Assembly: GCA_963590725.1 (NCBI GenBank)
Contig: CAVAQB010000092.1
Location: forward strand, 32,864-96,863
Reading direction: 5' to 3'
Source: Anaeroplasmataceae bacterium
GTDB taxonomy: Bacteria; Bacillota_I; Bacilli_A; Acholeplasmatales; Anaeroplasmataceae
Length of the DNA: 64,000 bases
Below, in pieces: positions 33,860-43,630 of this stretch. The notes beneath the pieces were generated by a model, which was not told where the DNA came from, searched no databases, and was given only the letters and a program-made list of their open reading frames with translations. Position 1 is the stretch's first letter; each line of letters starts with the position of its first letter. Position numbers and translations under genes: made by a program.

Positions 33860-34694
33860 ACATTGTGTCTTTAATTTTATTAGCTAAATCTTGCATCATG
33901 GGGTGAGCAGCAGTACTACATCTAAGTTTAAAGAAATCTTCCCAGTCACTTTCAAATGCAGTATGTATTAACTCAGTCTTAGTATCTAAAGGTAGTACAC
34001 TTCTAGCTTGCTGAGGTTTCCATCCTTGCTTTAGTAATAGAAAATAACTAGCTTCTGCATTTTGCATAGCTGCACTCCATTCCAAATCTCCTAATGAAGG
34101 ACCTTCTTGCTCTTCATTAGGACAATGTGTATTTACCCAATTAGGTATAATGAAAGTAATCTCATTACCAAATTTATCTTTAGAATAGTTACAATATCTA
34201 GTACTTTCTTCACATATACTATGACACCTGTGTCTATTAAGCTCTCTACTTATACCTATAGATGTAGTAATATGTACTGAAATTCTTTTCTTATGATACT
34301 CTGTAGGCTCACTAAGAAATTGCAAATCATTTTCCCAATCGTGTTCTTTTATTACTCTATAATTAGTTGTAATATAGTAACCATTAGTTTCTGTTGACAC
34401 ACCTTTTTCAAACCTTAGTACTACTTTAGAATAAGGATTCCTATCATACTCACAAACATGATAATAATCAGTTTTATCACAATTTCCAGGAATAAATAGA
34501 TATACAGTGCCATGTTCAAAAGGACTAAAATGTCCCTTACTACTAATCATATCTATAAACTTCTTATAAGAGTCATCAGTAATTCTATCTTCACTCTTAT
34601 AACAGAGTCTTGCAGCTTTCTCTATTTGTTTATAAATACCTATTTTTCCAGCATCTTGATACCAGATTTCAGCAGATTGTTGTATTAATTTCAT
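33846..34694 (-). CDS. thyX: Flavin-dependent thymidylate synthase
   Basis: ThyX signature RHRxxS present as LNRHRCHSICEESTRY. Length 282 aa. Confidence 0.85.
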   Translation of the reverse strand: MKLIQQSAEIWYQDAGKIGIYKQIEKAARLCYKSEDRITDDSYKKFIDMISSKGHFSPFEHGTVYLFIPGNCDKTDYYHVCEYDRNPYSKVVLRFEKGVSTETNGYYITTNYRVIKEHDWENDLQFLSEPTEYHKKRISVHITTSIGISRELNRHRCHSICEESTRYCNYSKDKFGNEITFIIPNWVNTHCPNEEQEGPSLGDLEWSAAMQNAEASYFLLLKQGWKPQQARSVLPLDTKTELIHTAFESDWEDFFKLRCSTAAHPMMQDLANKIKDTMYVVE

Positions 34695-35248
34695 TCCGAA
34701 TAAATTAAAATATTTTCATCAGTAATATTTATATAAGGTAGTTTACGAATAATACATTCTTGCGTAAACCTATTTGCTATAGGATAATTAAAATAATCTA
34801 CAATAATATCTACACCTTCATCATTAGAAATAGATTTATAATTAAATGCTTCTTTAGATGCGTATTTAAAAACATCTAAATATTTATTTATTATAGGCCA
34901 TTCGTGAGTTTTCAGATGTAATACCTTATATTTAAAATCTTCTACAGATGCAAGTAAAGCATGTTCTTCTACAGGAATCCAATAAACCCCTTTTTCTATA
35001 CTTTTGGCTACATCTTGAATCAATCTAGTTTGAAACAATGTAGTTCCTCTAGGATTAATCCAAAAATAAGCATTACTAGCTAAAGCTTTACATATAGCTA
35101 TAATTTCTGTTTTTATAGAATTAAGGTCTTCTTTTGAATACACTTGATACCATTTACTTACTTCTTTACTTCTTATTTCAATTAGAAGAAATTGATTATC
35201 TTTTAATTGATCAAAATAAGAACTTATTATATTAAAATTATCTGTCAT
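34691..35248 (-). CDS. Hypothetical protein
   Basis: Intact 185-aa ORF with ATGA overlaps to both neighbours. Confidence 0.6.
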   Translation of the reverse strand: MTDNFNIISSYFDQLKDNQFLLIEIRSKEVSKWYQVYSKEDLNSIKTEIIAICKALASNAYFWINPRGTTLFQTRLIQDVAKSIEKGVYWIPVEEHALLASVEDFKYKVLHLKTHEWPIINKYLDVFKYASKEAFNYKSISNDEGVDIIVDYFNYPIANRFTQECIIRKLPYINITDENILIYSE

Positions 35249-35442
35249 ATTAAAAATAAAGCAGTTAAAATTCCGATAAGTCCGTCTATTACTAATATCG
35301 TAATTAACTTGTTTAAAAATTCTTCTGGATTACTATTCAAAGCTTCTTTTAAATCATTCACTAATTCTGATTTTTCGGAACTAAAAGCAATACTTATTTT
35401 AGTAAGTCCTAGAATTAGTAATATTACTCCTATTAGTCGCAT
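35245..35442 (-). CDS. Small membrane protein (two hydrophobic helices)
   Basis: MRLIGVILLILGL... and ...LVIDGLIGILTALFLI hydrophobic segments. Confidence 0.5.
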   Translation of the reverse strand: MRLIGVILLILGLTKISIAFSSEKSELVNDLKEALNSNPEEFLNKLITILVIDGLIGILTALFLI

Positions 35443-35729
35443 TTTTTAATAAATCCTTTTACATTATCCCATATTAAATCGCCATTTCTTTTAAAGATTT
35501 CTATTGTAGCATCTCCTCCGTTTTGCTCAGGTTCTAATCCTTCTTCGCACTCACTTAAACTTTCCACATCGTAAGGATACAAATCATCTCCCCATAGACC
35601 ATTTTTGTTTATTGATTCTACTATTTTATGAATAGCTTCTTCTTCGCTTTCACAATCATCTACTATGAATGAATGTCTAAGCCAAGTAGTTACTTTTTCA
35701 TCAACTTTTACTAAAAATGAATTTTTCAT
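35433..35729 (-). CDS. Hypothetical protein
   Basis: Intact 98-aa acidic ORF. Confidence 0.55.
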   Translation of the reverse strand: MKNSFLVKVDEKVTTWLRHSFIVDDCESEEEAIHKIVESINKNGLWGDDLYPYDVESLSECEEGLEPEQNGGDATIEIFKRNGDLIWDNVKGFIKKCD

Positions 35730-36396
35730 ATTCTTCTATTTTTTTGGTTTCAGTATCAATTACAAAACATTTTCTACAATCTAAGCAAGCATAATCCTCT
35801 TTAATTATAGGCTTATCTATTAATTGGGTATGACCAAATACTTGAAAATAATCTGAAATATGGGGTTGTTCATCATATTCTCTTAAATCTCCAAATATAC
35901 AACTTCCTACAAAATTCTTTTTAAATGATGTTCCTCCTCTATAAGGAGATATATCATCGAAAGCTTCATTATCTATATCCATGAAATCTAAGTCATACCA
36001 ATGTGAAATTGCGTGGTCTTCTAACCAAGCAGGTAAAATTCCAGAATGTGAGAATATTACATGGTCATCAGTATGATAAATAAGTTGAGGTTTTAATTTT
36101 GTAAGTAAGTCTTGTACTTTATAATAGTTTCGTACATCTCGTCTACATATAAAATTACCTCTACTATTTTCCATATAACCAGCATCGTGATTTCCTAGTA
36201 AACAAATACATCTATTTCTATTATTTTTTACAAAATCTACTAATTCCTCTAGATTTTCTAATGATTTTTTAATAGAAACTTGCATAGGATACGGGTCATG
36301 ATAATCCCCTAAAAAGACAATTAAACCCTGCCATTGCTGACAGGGTTCTTTCCAAAAATCACGCCCGTGTATATCAGGAACACAAAGTATTTTCAT
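35701..36396 (-). CDS. Metallophosphoesterase (Ser/Thr phosphatase-like)
   Basis: Motifs PDIHGR, LGDYHDPY, LGNHD, FSHSG, FGHT. Confidence 0.8.
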   Translation of the reverse strand: MKILCVPDIHGRDFWKEPCQQWQGLIVFLGDYHDPYPMQVSIKKSLENLEELVDFVKNNRNRCICLLGNHDAGYMENSRGNFICRRDVRNYYKVQDLLTKLKPQLIYHTDDHVIFSHSGILPAWLEDHAISHWYDLDFMDIDNEAFDDISPYRGGTSFKKNFVGSCIFGDLREYDEQPHISDYFQVFGHTQLIDKPIIKEDYACLDCRKCFVIDTETKKIEEYEKFIFSKS

Positions 36397-36671
36397 TTAA
36401 AGTCTATAAATTTAAAACAATCTGCTAAATCTTGATTTAATAAATCTTTACACGATTCTAGCAGATTTTCTTTTAACACGCTAAAGTCTTGATAATCCAT
36501 ATTATTAAATAAATACCAAGCAGAAGCTTCTTCATCATACATTAAATAACTAACAGGTTTACTTTGTTTATATGCTATAACAAGTCCTCTTTTATATGGA
36601 TCAATTAGATTAATATCAATATTTATATCATCTAATGTCGGGAATGTAATTATTTTCATAGTTGTTTCCAT
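36393..36671 (-). CDS. Hypothetical protein
   Basis: Intact 92-aa ORF in the array. Confidence 0.55.
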   Translation of the reverse strand: METTMKIITFPTLDDINIDINLIDPYKRGLVIAYKQSKPVSYLMYDEEASAWYLFNNMDYQDFSVLKENLLESCKDLLNQDLADCFKFIDFK

Positions 36672-36678
36672 AATTTTT

Positions 36679-37302
36679 TTATTTTAAAGTATCAATAAAT
36701 TCTTTTTCTGTAATGTTAATATATTCGTCATTTACTCCACCATATATTACATCGTATATATCAAACTCTTTAATTTTAAAATCTGGTCTACCATGTTTTT
36801 TCCAATATTTTTCTACTTTATCTTTATTAGATGTAGGACTACACCCTATAAATAAAGTCATATTAAAATTATTTAATTCTCTACTGTGACCTTTAAAAAA
36901 ACTTTGAATCTTTTCGATGTATTTAAGTACAGTATCAAAATCCTCAGGGGTTTTAAGATGTTTTTCAAGAGGATCTACTCTTTTAAATCCTCTATAACCT
37001 GGACGTTTATCAGTTGCGGGTTTATAATCATCTTCCATACCTCCTTCTTTTAGTTGCTTATAAATAAGCTTAAATGTATCATCCCAATCATCAATAATAC
37101 CGTAAGCTTCAGCATAAATATCTCTAATAGAATTAAAATTCTCTTGAGATAGATAATGCATATCAAATAAAGGATTTTCTTTATCATCTTTAAATCCTTC
37201 TTCTACTAATTGTTTTAAATCAATAGATGGTTGTGACCATTTAAACATTTCACAAATACAGTCCTCGACTGCTTTTGTTAAAATTTCATTTCTATTAATC
37301 AT
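36679..37302 (-). CDS. Hypothetical protein
   Basis: Intact 207-aa ORF in the array. Confidence 0.6.
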   Translation of the reverse strand: MINRNEILTKAVEDCICEMFKWSQPSIDLKQLVEEGFKDDKENPLFDMHYLSQENFNSIRDIYAEAYGIIDDWDDTFKLIYKQLKEGGMEDDYKPATDKRPGYRGFKRVDPLEKHLKTPEDFDTVLKYIEKIQSFFKGHSRELNNFNMTLFIGCSPTSNKDKVEKYWKKHGRPDFKIKEFDIYDVIYGGVNDEYINITEKEFIDTLK

Positions 37303-37585
37303 TTTTTCTAGTAATTAGTTCAATTACATCTTTAGGATGTTCTTCTTTAAAATATTTTTCAGCTTCAATATAAGAATAAGCATGACACCATTCCTTATAA
37401 TCATCTATTCTTTCTCCATCTTTCATAACAGAATAGTAACAAATATAAGTATGCGGTTTATCTTCTTTTTTCTTTCTTTTAGGTTTATCTTCTTTAACAT
37501 AATGTTTCTTTCCAGAATCATCTATAAAGAATTTACCACCTTTAGTTCCTACTTGTATAGGATAATCTTTACCTTTATACATCAT
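37295..37585 (-). CDS. Hypothetical protein
   Basis: Intact 96-aa basic ORF. Confidence 0.55.
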   Translation of the reverse strand: MMYKGKDYPIQVGTKGGKFFIDDSGKKHYVKEDKPKRKKKEDKPHTYICYYSVMKDGERIDDYKEWCHAYSYIEAEKYFKEEHPKDVIELITRKND

Positions 37586-37865
37586 AATCTTTAAGAATTT
37601 TTCTAATCATTTTTACAGAATGTGTTACATCTACATCACACCACCAAGGAACATAATCATAGGCAAACATTACAATTCTATGAATAGCATCTGAATTTGG
37701 AATATTTCTATTCCAGCCATCTATATACGCTTGTTTGATTGCTTCTTTAGTAGGTTCTATAGATTCAGCATATTTTTCAGCTTCTTTATTAATAAAATTA
37801 CTATCTTCTTTTCTTATTTTATCGTAATAAGCTGTTATTTTATTCATCTCTTTTTCTACTTCCAT
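37575..37865 (-). CDS. Hypothetical protein
   Basis: Intact 96-aa ORF. Its start overlaps the nrdG TAG stop. Confidence 0.55.
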   Translation of the reverse strand: MEVEKEMNKITAYYDKIRKEDSNFINKEAEKYAESIEPTKEAIKQAYIDGWNRNIPNSDAIHRIVMFAYDYVPWWCDVDVTHSVKMIRKILKDYDV

Positions 37866-38347
37866 AATATAACATTGTTCTTTTCTAATGATTTTTTAAC
37901 ATCAATAACTCGTTGATTTTGACTACCTACCCAAGGTTTATTTGGAGATTTTAAAGATTCTATAAATGGTCTATCACAAACTACATCTACATATTCCATT
38001 ATATAGTAATCTTTAATTGTATTCCAATCAAATCCTGTATAAATCCAAACAGTTTTACCATATTTCTTAGCAATTTTTGCAAGTTCTAAAGATTCTGCGA
38101 TGTTATGTACATCTAAAGGATCTCCTCCACTTAATGTTATACCTGCTATATAAGGTTGTTGTAATTTATATACTAATCTTTGTCTGAAAATGATAGTTTG
38201 ATTACGAGTTTTTTCTGTATCTTCTTTAAATTCCCAAGTTTCAGGACTAAAACATCCTTTACAATGGTGAGGACACCCTTGAAGAAATACTACTTCACGA
38301 ATGCCCTCACCATTTAATATATCGTCATCGTACAACTGAATTATCAT
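37856..38347 (-). CDS. nrdG: Anaerobic ribonucleotide reductase activating protein (radical SAM)
   Basis: CxxxCxxC cluster GCPHHCKGCFSPETW. Close to nrdD, separated only by the 38325..38555 membrane-protein ORF. Terminates with TAG. Confidence 0.85.
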   Translation of the reverse strand: MIIQLYDDDILNGEGIREVVFLQGCPHHCKGCFSPETWEFKEDTEKTRNQTIIFRQRLVYKLQQPYIAGITLSGGDPLDVHNIAESLELAKIAKKYGKTVWIYTGFDWNTIKDYYIMEYVDVVCDRPFIESLKSPNKPWVGSQNQRVIDVKKSLEKNNVILWK

Positions 38348-38555
38348 ACCATTTCTTAATTATTTCATAAAGCATTACAAGTAAACAGAAACCGTTACTT
38401 GCAATTAATGGAATATTCTTAGTAAGAATACCATTAATCATCCAACATAAATTACCAATACTTACTAAATATTTAACAGTATCGGCATTTTTCATCAACA
38501 TACCACTACCTCTAAAGATAGTAGCAATCCATCCTATAAATTCAGCTATAATCAT
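38325..38555 (-). CDS. SemiSWEET/PQ-loop-like small membrane protein
   Basis: 76 aa with three hydrophobic segments. LCWMINGILTKNIPLIASNGFCLLV resembles the W..YG......P....N TM2-TM3 signature of bacterial SemiSWEETs. The PQ motif itself is absent. Confidence 0.45.
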   Translation of the reverse strand: MIIAEFIGWIATIFRGSGMLMKNADTVKYLVSIGNLCWMINGILTKNIPLIASNGFCLLVMLYEIIKKWYDNSVVR

Positions 38556-40693
38556 AGATTCTTACGTAATTTAAATTCTTTTGTTTTTCCAGTATTAAAC
38601 TTAGTTGGACCAAGTAGAGTTTTAGAGTACCCTAAATAACCATTCATTCTCCTAATTCCAATAGTATTTAAACTTCCACACTTAGGACATCTGTAATTTT
38701 CATCATCAGGAAGTGTATCATCTCCAACCCAATGATTTCCACAATCAATACATCTATTTTGTGCGTGATTTACAGATTGATAATTACCTAAAAGCATTGC
38801 GTGTCTAATTAAAGCTTTAACACCTTCCAACATTTCATCACCTATAGCTGGAATTTTAATGTGACAAATAGCACCACCTTTAGAATAAAGGAAATATTTA
38901 TTTTCAAATACCATTTTTTCTATAGGTGTTACATCAGCATCTACATTAATATGAAATGAATTAGTAAAGAATCCTTTATCAGTAACTCCTTCTATTTCTC
39001 CATATTTAGCTATAAACTGTTCACAAGCTTTAGGAAGCCAAGATTCTCCAGGAGTACCATATATTGCATATAATACAGAATCTTCTTTCTTAAATCTATT
39101 AATAACTTCATTAAAATGAGTCATTACAGATAAAGCAAATGAATCATCTGCAATATAATCTACACCATTATATAGTTTTTGTAATTCAGCTAATCCGCCA
39201 TAACCAAAACTAATAGTAGAATGTTTCAATACAGGTTCTATAGAATCATTTGGCCCAACATAACCACCATCAAATCCACCTTCCATGAAAGCAAGAGGAT
39301 TACTAGCACCTTTAAGTTTACCTTTAAGATATTCTATAGTTCTTAAATGAATTTGTCTACACATTTCCAAATAATAATCAAATACTTCATAGAAATCTTT
39401 ATTTTCTATTTTAGATTTTTGATATATCATTGGAAGATTTAGAGAAATTACTCCTAAATTACAACGATTTATAAGTAATTCACCTTTATTATTATAATCT
39501 GGAGATAGAAAAGCTCTACACCCCATTGGAGCAATAATTTTACCTGTTTTCTTATACATTTCTCCCACATAACCTGCATCTAAACTTAAGAAATCAGGAT
39601 ACATTGTGTCTTTAGAACATTTAGCAGCCAAATTGAAAACATCTTCACAAATACAACCTTTACCGTGAATTTTTTCACTATAAGTAAAGATTAGTTTAGG
39701 AAATAACACAGGAGTTTTACCTCCAGGTTTACCTTGACCTTTCATTCTGGTTTCTAAAATAGTTGTAGCTATGAGTTTAGACCATCTATCAATTCCGTGT
39801 CCAAAACTAAATGACAAAAATGGAAAATCACCTCTACAACTACTTACACTATTAAATGTATGTTCAATTCCTTGATAACCTTGTTGAACTTCACGTTTAA
39901 CCTTATTATATGCATAATGATCAGCTTTTCGTTCATCTACACAACAACCTGCATCTTCTATTATTTTGGAATATTCTTCAATATAATAGTTATAAGACTT
40001 TATACAATAATAAGACAAATCTTCATCAACTTGTGGCCAAGTAAGTCCTCCATATTGATTACCAGCAGTAACTGAAATGATGTCAGATGCTACAGCAATA
40101 GCAGCAGCTACACTTCCAGGCTCAGTATAATCAATATTTTCAAGTCGGAATCCTCCTCGCATAATTCTTCCTACATTTAAAAGACAACAATTATAGCTTT
40201 TATATCTATCCTTCATATCATGAGGATAAATAAAACCATCTCTAACAGCTTGTCTTTCTTCATTATTTAGGAAAAATCTCATATAAGATTCTCGTAAAAA
40301 TTCACCATAAGCCAATACTGACTTAGTTGAAACTAATTGTGAATTACAATTAGCATTTGATTTATCAATTAAAGTATCAAGTTCAGTCTGTTTGTTAATA
40401 ACAGCTTCCCATATAGCACGTGCATCTTCTTTATAATTTCTATAATTCCGATAAGATTCAGCTACTGAAGGATAACCACATATATCAAGTGCAAGTTCTA
40501 CTAAATTATGTAAATCTTTAACAGGTGTATCTTGTTTTAATGTGGCTTTAACTTTATCTGCAACTATAGCACAATCTTCATCACTAAGTTCTACAAAAAC
40601 TCTATCTGCACTTTTACGAATTGCAGAATAAATCCTTGAGGGGCTAAAGTCCTCAAGGATTCCACATTTATTTATAATTTTATACATTACCAA
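38552..40693 (-). CDS. nrdD: Anaerobic (class III) ribonucleoside-triphosphate reductase
   Basis: 713 aa. C-terminal Zn ribbon CIDCG...CPKCGS followed by the glycyl-radical motif RRMNGYLGY. Confidence 0.9.
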   Translation of the reverse strand: MVMYKIINKCGILEDFSPSRIYSAIRKSADRVFVELSDEDCAIVADKVKATLKQDTPVKDLHNLVELALDICGYPSVAESYRNYRNYKEDARAIWEAVINKQTELDTLIDKSNANCNSQLVSTKSVLAYGEFLRESYMRFFLNNEERQAVRDGFIYPHDMKDRYKSYNCCLLNVGRIMRGGFRLENIDYTEPGSVAAAIAVASDIISVTAGNQYGGLTWPQVDEDLSYYCIKSYNYYIEEYSKIIEDAGCCVDERKADHYAYNKVKREVQQGYQGIEHTFNSVSSCRGDFPFLSFSFGHGIDRWSKLIATTILETRMKGQGKPGGKTPVLFPKLIFTYSEKIHGKGCICEDVFNLAAKCSKDTMYPDFLSLDAGYVGEMYKKTGKIIAPMGCRAFLSPDYNNKGELLINRCNLGVISLNLPMIYQKSKIENKDFYEVFDYYLEMCRQIHLRTIEYLKGKLKGASNPLAFMEGGFDGGYVGPNDSIEPVLKHSTISFGYGGLAELQKLYNGVDYIADDSFALSVMTHFNEVINRFKKEDSVLYAIYGTPGESWLPKACEQFIAKYGEIEGVTDKGFFTNSFHINVDADVTPIEKMVFENKYFLYSKGGAICHIKIPAIGDEMLEGVKALIRHAMLLGNYQSVNHAQNRCIDCGNHWVGDDTLPDDENYRCPKCGSLNTIGIRRMNGYLGYSKTLLGPTKFNTGKTKEFKLRKNL

Positions 40694-41459
40694 GAATATC
40701 CTTTATAAGCAAGGTCTTTTCTACTTTATTCATCAAATCTCTATTGTCATCTGTAATTTGCTGAGTAAATGCATTATATACAGTAAACATATCAGTAGGT
40801 CTATTTATTCCTACATAATAAGGAGATGTAGTTTGTTCAAATAAAGCTTTATAAGCATTAACTATATCAGTAGTACCAAGCTTAACCTTACCGTAACCAT
40901 TATTATAAGAACAAGCCATGCCATTACGAATCCACTGTCCTAAGGATTTATTTACAGCAGTCTCATCTGTATCAAATTCTGTATTATGGAGTTTATTCAA
41001 CCAAACTTTCAAATCATTAGTTTGCTCCATTATAGTATTAATATATCTAAAATCAATAGCTTTTTCAGACTCAATTTCTTGTATATGCAAAAATGATGGG
41101 TTAAATACACACAAATTGGTACAAGCTCTATTCAGACCACCACGATAAATCTTAACAATAGGTTTACGACAATCCAAACCATAAACCATACCTATAACTT
41201 CATCGTGATTATCAAAAGCATATTCTTCAGGAAGAACTGCTTGAATCCAAACTCTGTTATAAGTAATATCATCAAAATTTATTTCGTTGTTAATTGTTTT
41301 AGTGATTTGGTCTGGTAATGTAGCTTGTATTCTAAAATCAGATGTAAATTTAGACATCTTGTCTATAAATGGTTGAACGTAAGCTTCTGTAGGAAAGAAA
41401 TCATTGTTCTTAATACGAGTTGCCTTACCTTTGAGTAGTGATTCAAGTGTTACTTCCAT
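40680..41459 (-). CDS. DUF932/DUF3871-like phage-plasmid protein
   Basis: GGLNRACTNLCVF resembles the conserved R..C.N core of DUF932. Confidence 0.45.
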   Translation of the reverse strand: MEVTLESLLKGKATRIKNNDFFPTEAYVQPFIDKMSKFTSDFRIQATLPDQITKTINNEINFDDITYNRVWIQAVLPEEYAFDNHDEVIGMVYGLDCRKPIVKIYRGGLNRACTNLCVFNPSFLHIQEIESEKAIDFRYINTIMEQTNDLKVWLNKLHNTEFDTDETAVNKSLGQWIRNGMACSYNNGYGKVKLGTTDIVNAYKALFEQTTSPYYVGINRPTDMFTVYNAFTQQITDDNRDLMNKVEKTLLIKDILGNV

Positions 41460-41461
41460 AA

Positions 41462-41845
41462 TTATTCAGCTATTTTATAAATTATATGATATGTGTTATC
41501 TAAATATTCTATGTCATCTACAACATCTTTAGTACAATCTTCTGGAGAATTAAGAACAATTACAAAATCTCCGTTTGTGTCAATACCACCATCTTTAAAA
41601 GTATATCCTTTCTTTAAGTTCTTTTTAGCAACATACTCACAGATATTTCGGTCTACAAGACTACATATATTAGCCGCAATAGTAGTATCTGTTCTAAATT
41701 CCCATTTATTTGGAATTTTATACATTTGTTCTGTAGGAACTCCACAATCTTCATAATGGGTTTTCATCAATTTCTCAATGTTCTTATAAGAATCAACATT
41801 AAGAGCTTTAGCACAACGATTGTACAATCTTTCTAATTTTTCCAT
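41462..41845 (-). CDS. Hypothetical protein
   Basis: Intact 127-aa ORF. Confidence 0.55.
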   Translation of the reverse strand: MEKLERLYNRCAKALNVDSYKNIEKLMKTHYEDCGVPTEQMYKIPNKWEFRTDTTIAANICSLVDRNICEYVAKKNLKKGYTFKDGGIDTNGDFVIVLNSPEDCTKDVVDDIEYLDNTYHIIYKIAE

Positions 41846-41846
41846 T

Positions 41847-42461
41847 TTAAATACAATTTCTATAGATGTTTAGTAATATTTTATCTATTTCAGCTGGTGT
41901 AGGAACATCACAAGTATGAATCTTAATATGATTTAAAGCTGTTCTAATATCCTTACAAGCTTTACTAGGAGATTTTTCTTGTAGTAAATTCAACCAAGTT
42001 TCTTTATTTTCATCTATATAGTCTTTATTTTCATCTACAATAATATAATCAAAATAATTTACAGAATTTAGGATTATTACTTTACAACTCTGTGTACATT
42101 GGATAAAATAAAGTAATGCTTGTGCAACTTGATCCGCATAAGCTACTCTATTCCGAGTAATATCACGTTTACATTCTTGGATTCCATAAAATCCCACGAT
42201 ATTTCCTTCATAACGAAATCTTAAGAACCCATCTGTGATACCTCTATTAAACTTTTTCTTTAAAGCATCTACTTTGCCACTAGTTGCTCTTAATAGTGAA
42301 TTACAATATACTGATTCTATAACACTTTCAAGCTCTACATTGCCTGATTCATCATAAAAATCCTTGTAGATGTCTGAACCTTTTACGGAGTTAAAATCTA
42401 CATTACGAGTTATTGTTTCTATATTACGCATATTCCAATAAAAAAGGTAGAACTTTTTCAA
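41847..42461 (-). CDS. Hypothetical protein (weak PD-(D/E)XK-like D...ECK pattern); start probably at 42431
   Basis: The first 10 codons overlap the terminator hairpin/T-run at 42440-42469, so ATG 42431 (MRNIETI...) is more plausible. GIQECKRD motif. Confidence 0.55.
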   Translation of the reverse strand: MKKFYLFYWNMRNIETITRNVDFNSVKGSDIYKDFYDESGNVELESVIESVYCNSLLRATSGKVDALKKKFNRGITDGFLRFRYEGNIVGFYGIQECKRDITRNRVAYADQVAQALLYFIQCTQSCKVIILNSVNYFDYIIVDENKDYIDENKETWLNLLQEKSPSKACKDIRTALNHIKIHTCDVPTPAEIDKILLNIYRNCI

Positions 42462-42469
42462 GTCCTACC
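42440..42469 (-). terminator. Intrinsic terminator after the 42516..43115 gene
   Basis: On the minus strand: ggtaggact-tgaaaa-agttctacc (9-bp stem, one mismatch) followed by a T6 run. Confidence 0.65.
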
Positions 42470-42515
42470 TCAAGTTAATATCCAATTTATAAGTTATGAA
42501 AAAAATAATCTTTAA

Positions 42516-43115
42516 TTAAGCTTTAATTCCAAATATCATGTAAGTTCCTGGTTTTGTCTTTTCAGTTGGAGTATAAACATACTCAGCAGCAATAGCCTGT
42601 GCAGGGTCACGAGTTTCCTTTACATACTTCAAAAGTACATTCTCTGTAATACCCTTCTTGCCATACAACTCCTTAATAAGAGCACTTGCATCAGACTTGC
42701 GTACACGCTTTACAGAATCGGGATCCTCAGAAGCTGCTTTAACTTCAGCCAAAGTAATCTTACCATAAAGTGTACCTGATGTCTTACCAATAACATGAAG
42801 ATTGGTATCCCATTCACGCTTACCACCCTCATTCTTTACATTAACTCTCTTAAACGGCTTTGTACGCTTGTTAGTAATAGCTGCATCCAAAACAACAATA
42901 TAACCTGTACCAGGAGCATTCTTACTATTATCAGCAAGATAATTCAAGCACCAATCCTTAATTGCAGCCTCTGTTACAGCACCTGTCTGCTTCGTTTTCC
43001 AATTCTTAAAACTCTGTGTTGCATTCTTTCCAATAAAGAAAGGTGCCATCTTTACTGCGTCATCATAACTAGCTGCTACCAACTCACTCTTTTCAAAATT
43101 CAAAAATTGTGTCAT
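42516..43115 (-). CDS. Hypothetical protein, probably highly expressed (own promoter and terminator, higher GC)
   Basis: 199-aa Lys-rich ORF, visibly more GC-rich than its neighbours and bracketed by the promoter-like element at 43196-43226 and the terminator at 42440-42469. Confidence 0.7.
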   Translation of the reverse strand: MTQFLNFEKSELVAASYDDAVKMAPFFIGKNATQSFKNWKTKQTGAVTEAAIKDWCLNYLADNSKNAPGTGYIVVLDAAITNKRTKPFKRVNVKNEGGKREWDTNLHVIGKTSGTLYGKITLAEVKAASEDPDSVKRVRKSDASALIKELYGKKGITENVLLKYVKETRDPAQAIAAEYVYTPTEKTKPGTYMIFGIKA

Positions 43116-43195
43116 AATTCAAATAATTTTTAAGTCATTAATTCATATTTACATTAACAAAATCTAAATCAACCTCCTTGCTGAAGGTTGTGATA

Positions 43196-43226
43196 CAAAT
43201 ATACATCTAAATTTTCTTACTCCAAA
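43196..43226 (-). promoter_or_regulatory. Bacteroidota-type promoter (TTTG-N19-TATATTTG)
   Basis: On the minus strand, TTTG (43226-43223), a 19-nt spacer, then TATATTTG (43203-43196). This is an exact match to the -33 TTTG / -7 TAnnTTTG consensus. A CAACCU/AGGUUG hairpin (43170-43190) follows in the 5' UTR. Confidence 0.55.
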
Positions 43227-43255
43227 GCCTTTTTCAAAAAAATTTTAATAACTTT

Positions 43256-43630
43256 TTAAAACGGCATATAAGAATCTAAAATATTCTTTATAACTGGAAC
43301 CATTTCTTTATCTTGCATATCAAAAGTAATAAATTCTGTACAGCCATAAGAAAAATCATTACAAACAATAGCCAGAGCTTTAATAAATGAATCTGGAAGT
43401 CCTTTTCCATCAGCAAGCTTGGCTATCACTCGATAATGTGTAACATCGGGTTTTTTGAGCTTTAATTTATGAGTTAAATGACATATAAGAGAAATTAATG
43501 CCATTTTATTTTTAAAGCTACAATTAAGATGACCTAAAGAGAAATAATCATTATATGTTCTCTCTAGTTTATTATAAGGAATATCTTCCATATTATAAGG
43601 ATTGAAAATATTCCTCAACTTGGATTGCAT
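43256..43630 (-). CDS. Hypothetical protein
   Basis: Intact 124-aa ORF. Confidence 0.55.
   Translation of the reverse strand: MQSKLRNIFNPYNMEDIPYNKLERTYNDYFSLGHLNCSFKNKMALISLICHLTHKLKLKKPDVTHYRVIAKLADGKGLPDSFIKALAIVCNDFSYGCTEFITFDMQDKEMVPVIKNILDSYMPF

Noticed and set aside
43170-43190. AAGGAGG as a Shine-Dalgarno site for 42516..43115
   Set aside because: It lies about 55 nt upstream of the ATG and inside a hairpin, which is too far to act as an RBS. Bacteroidota generally do not rely on SD pairing.
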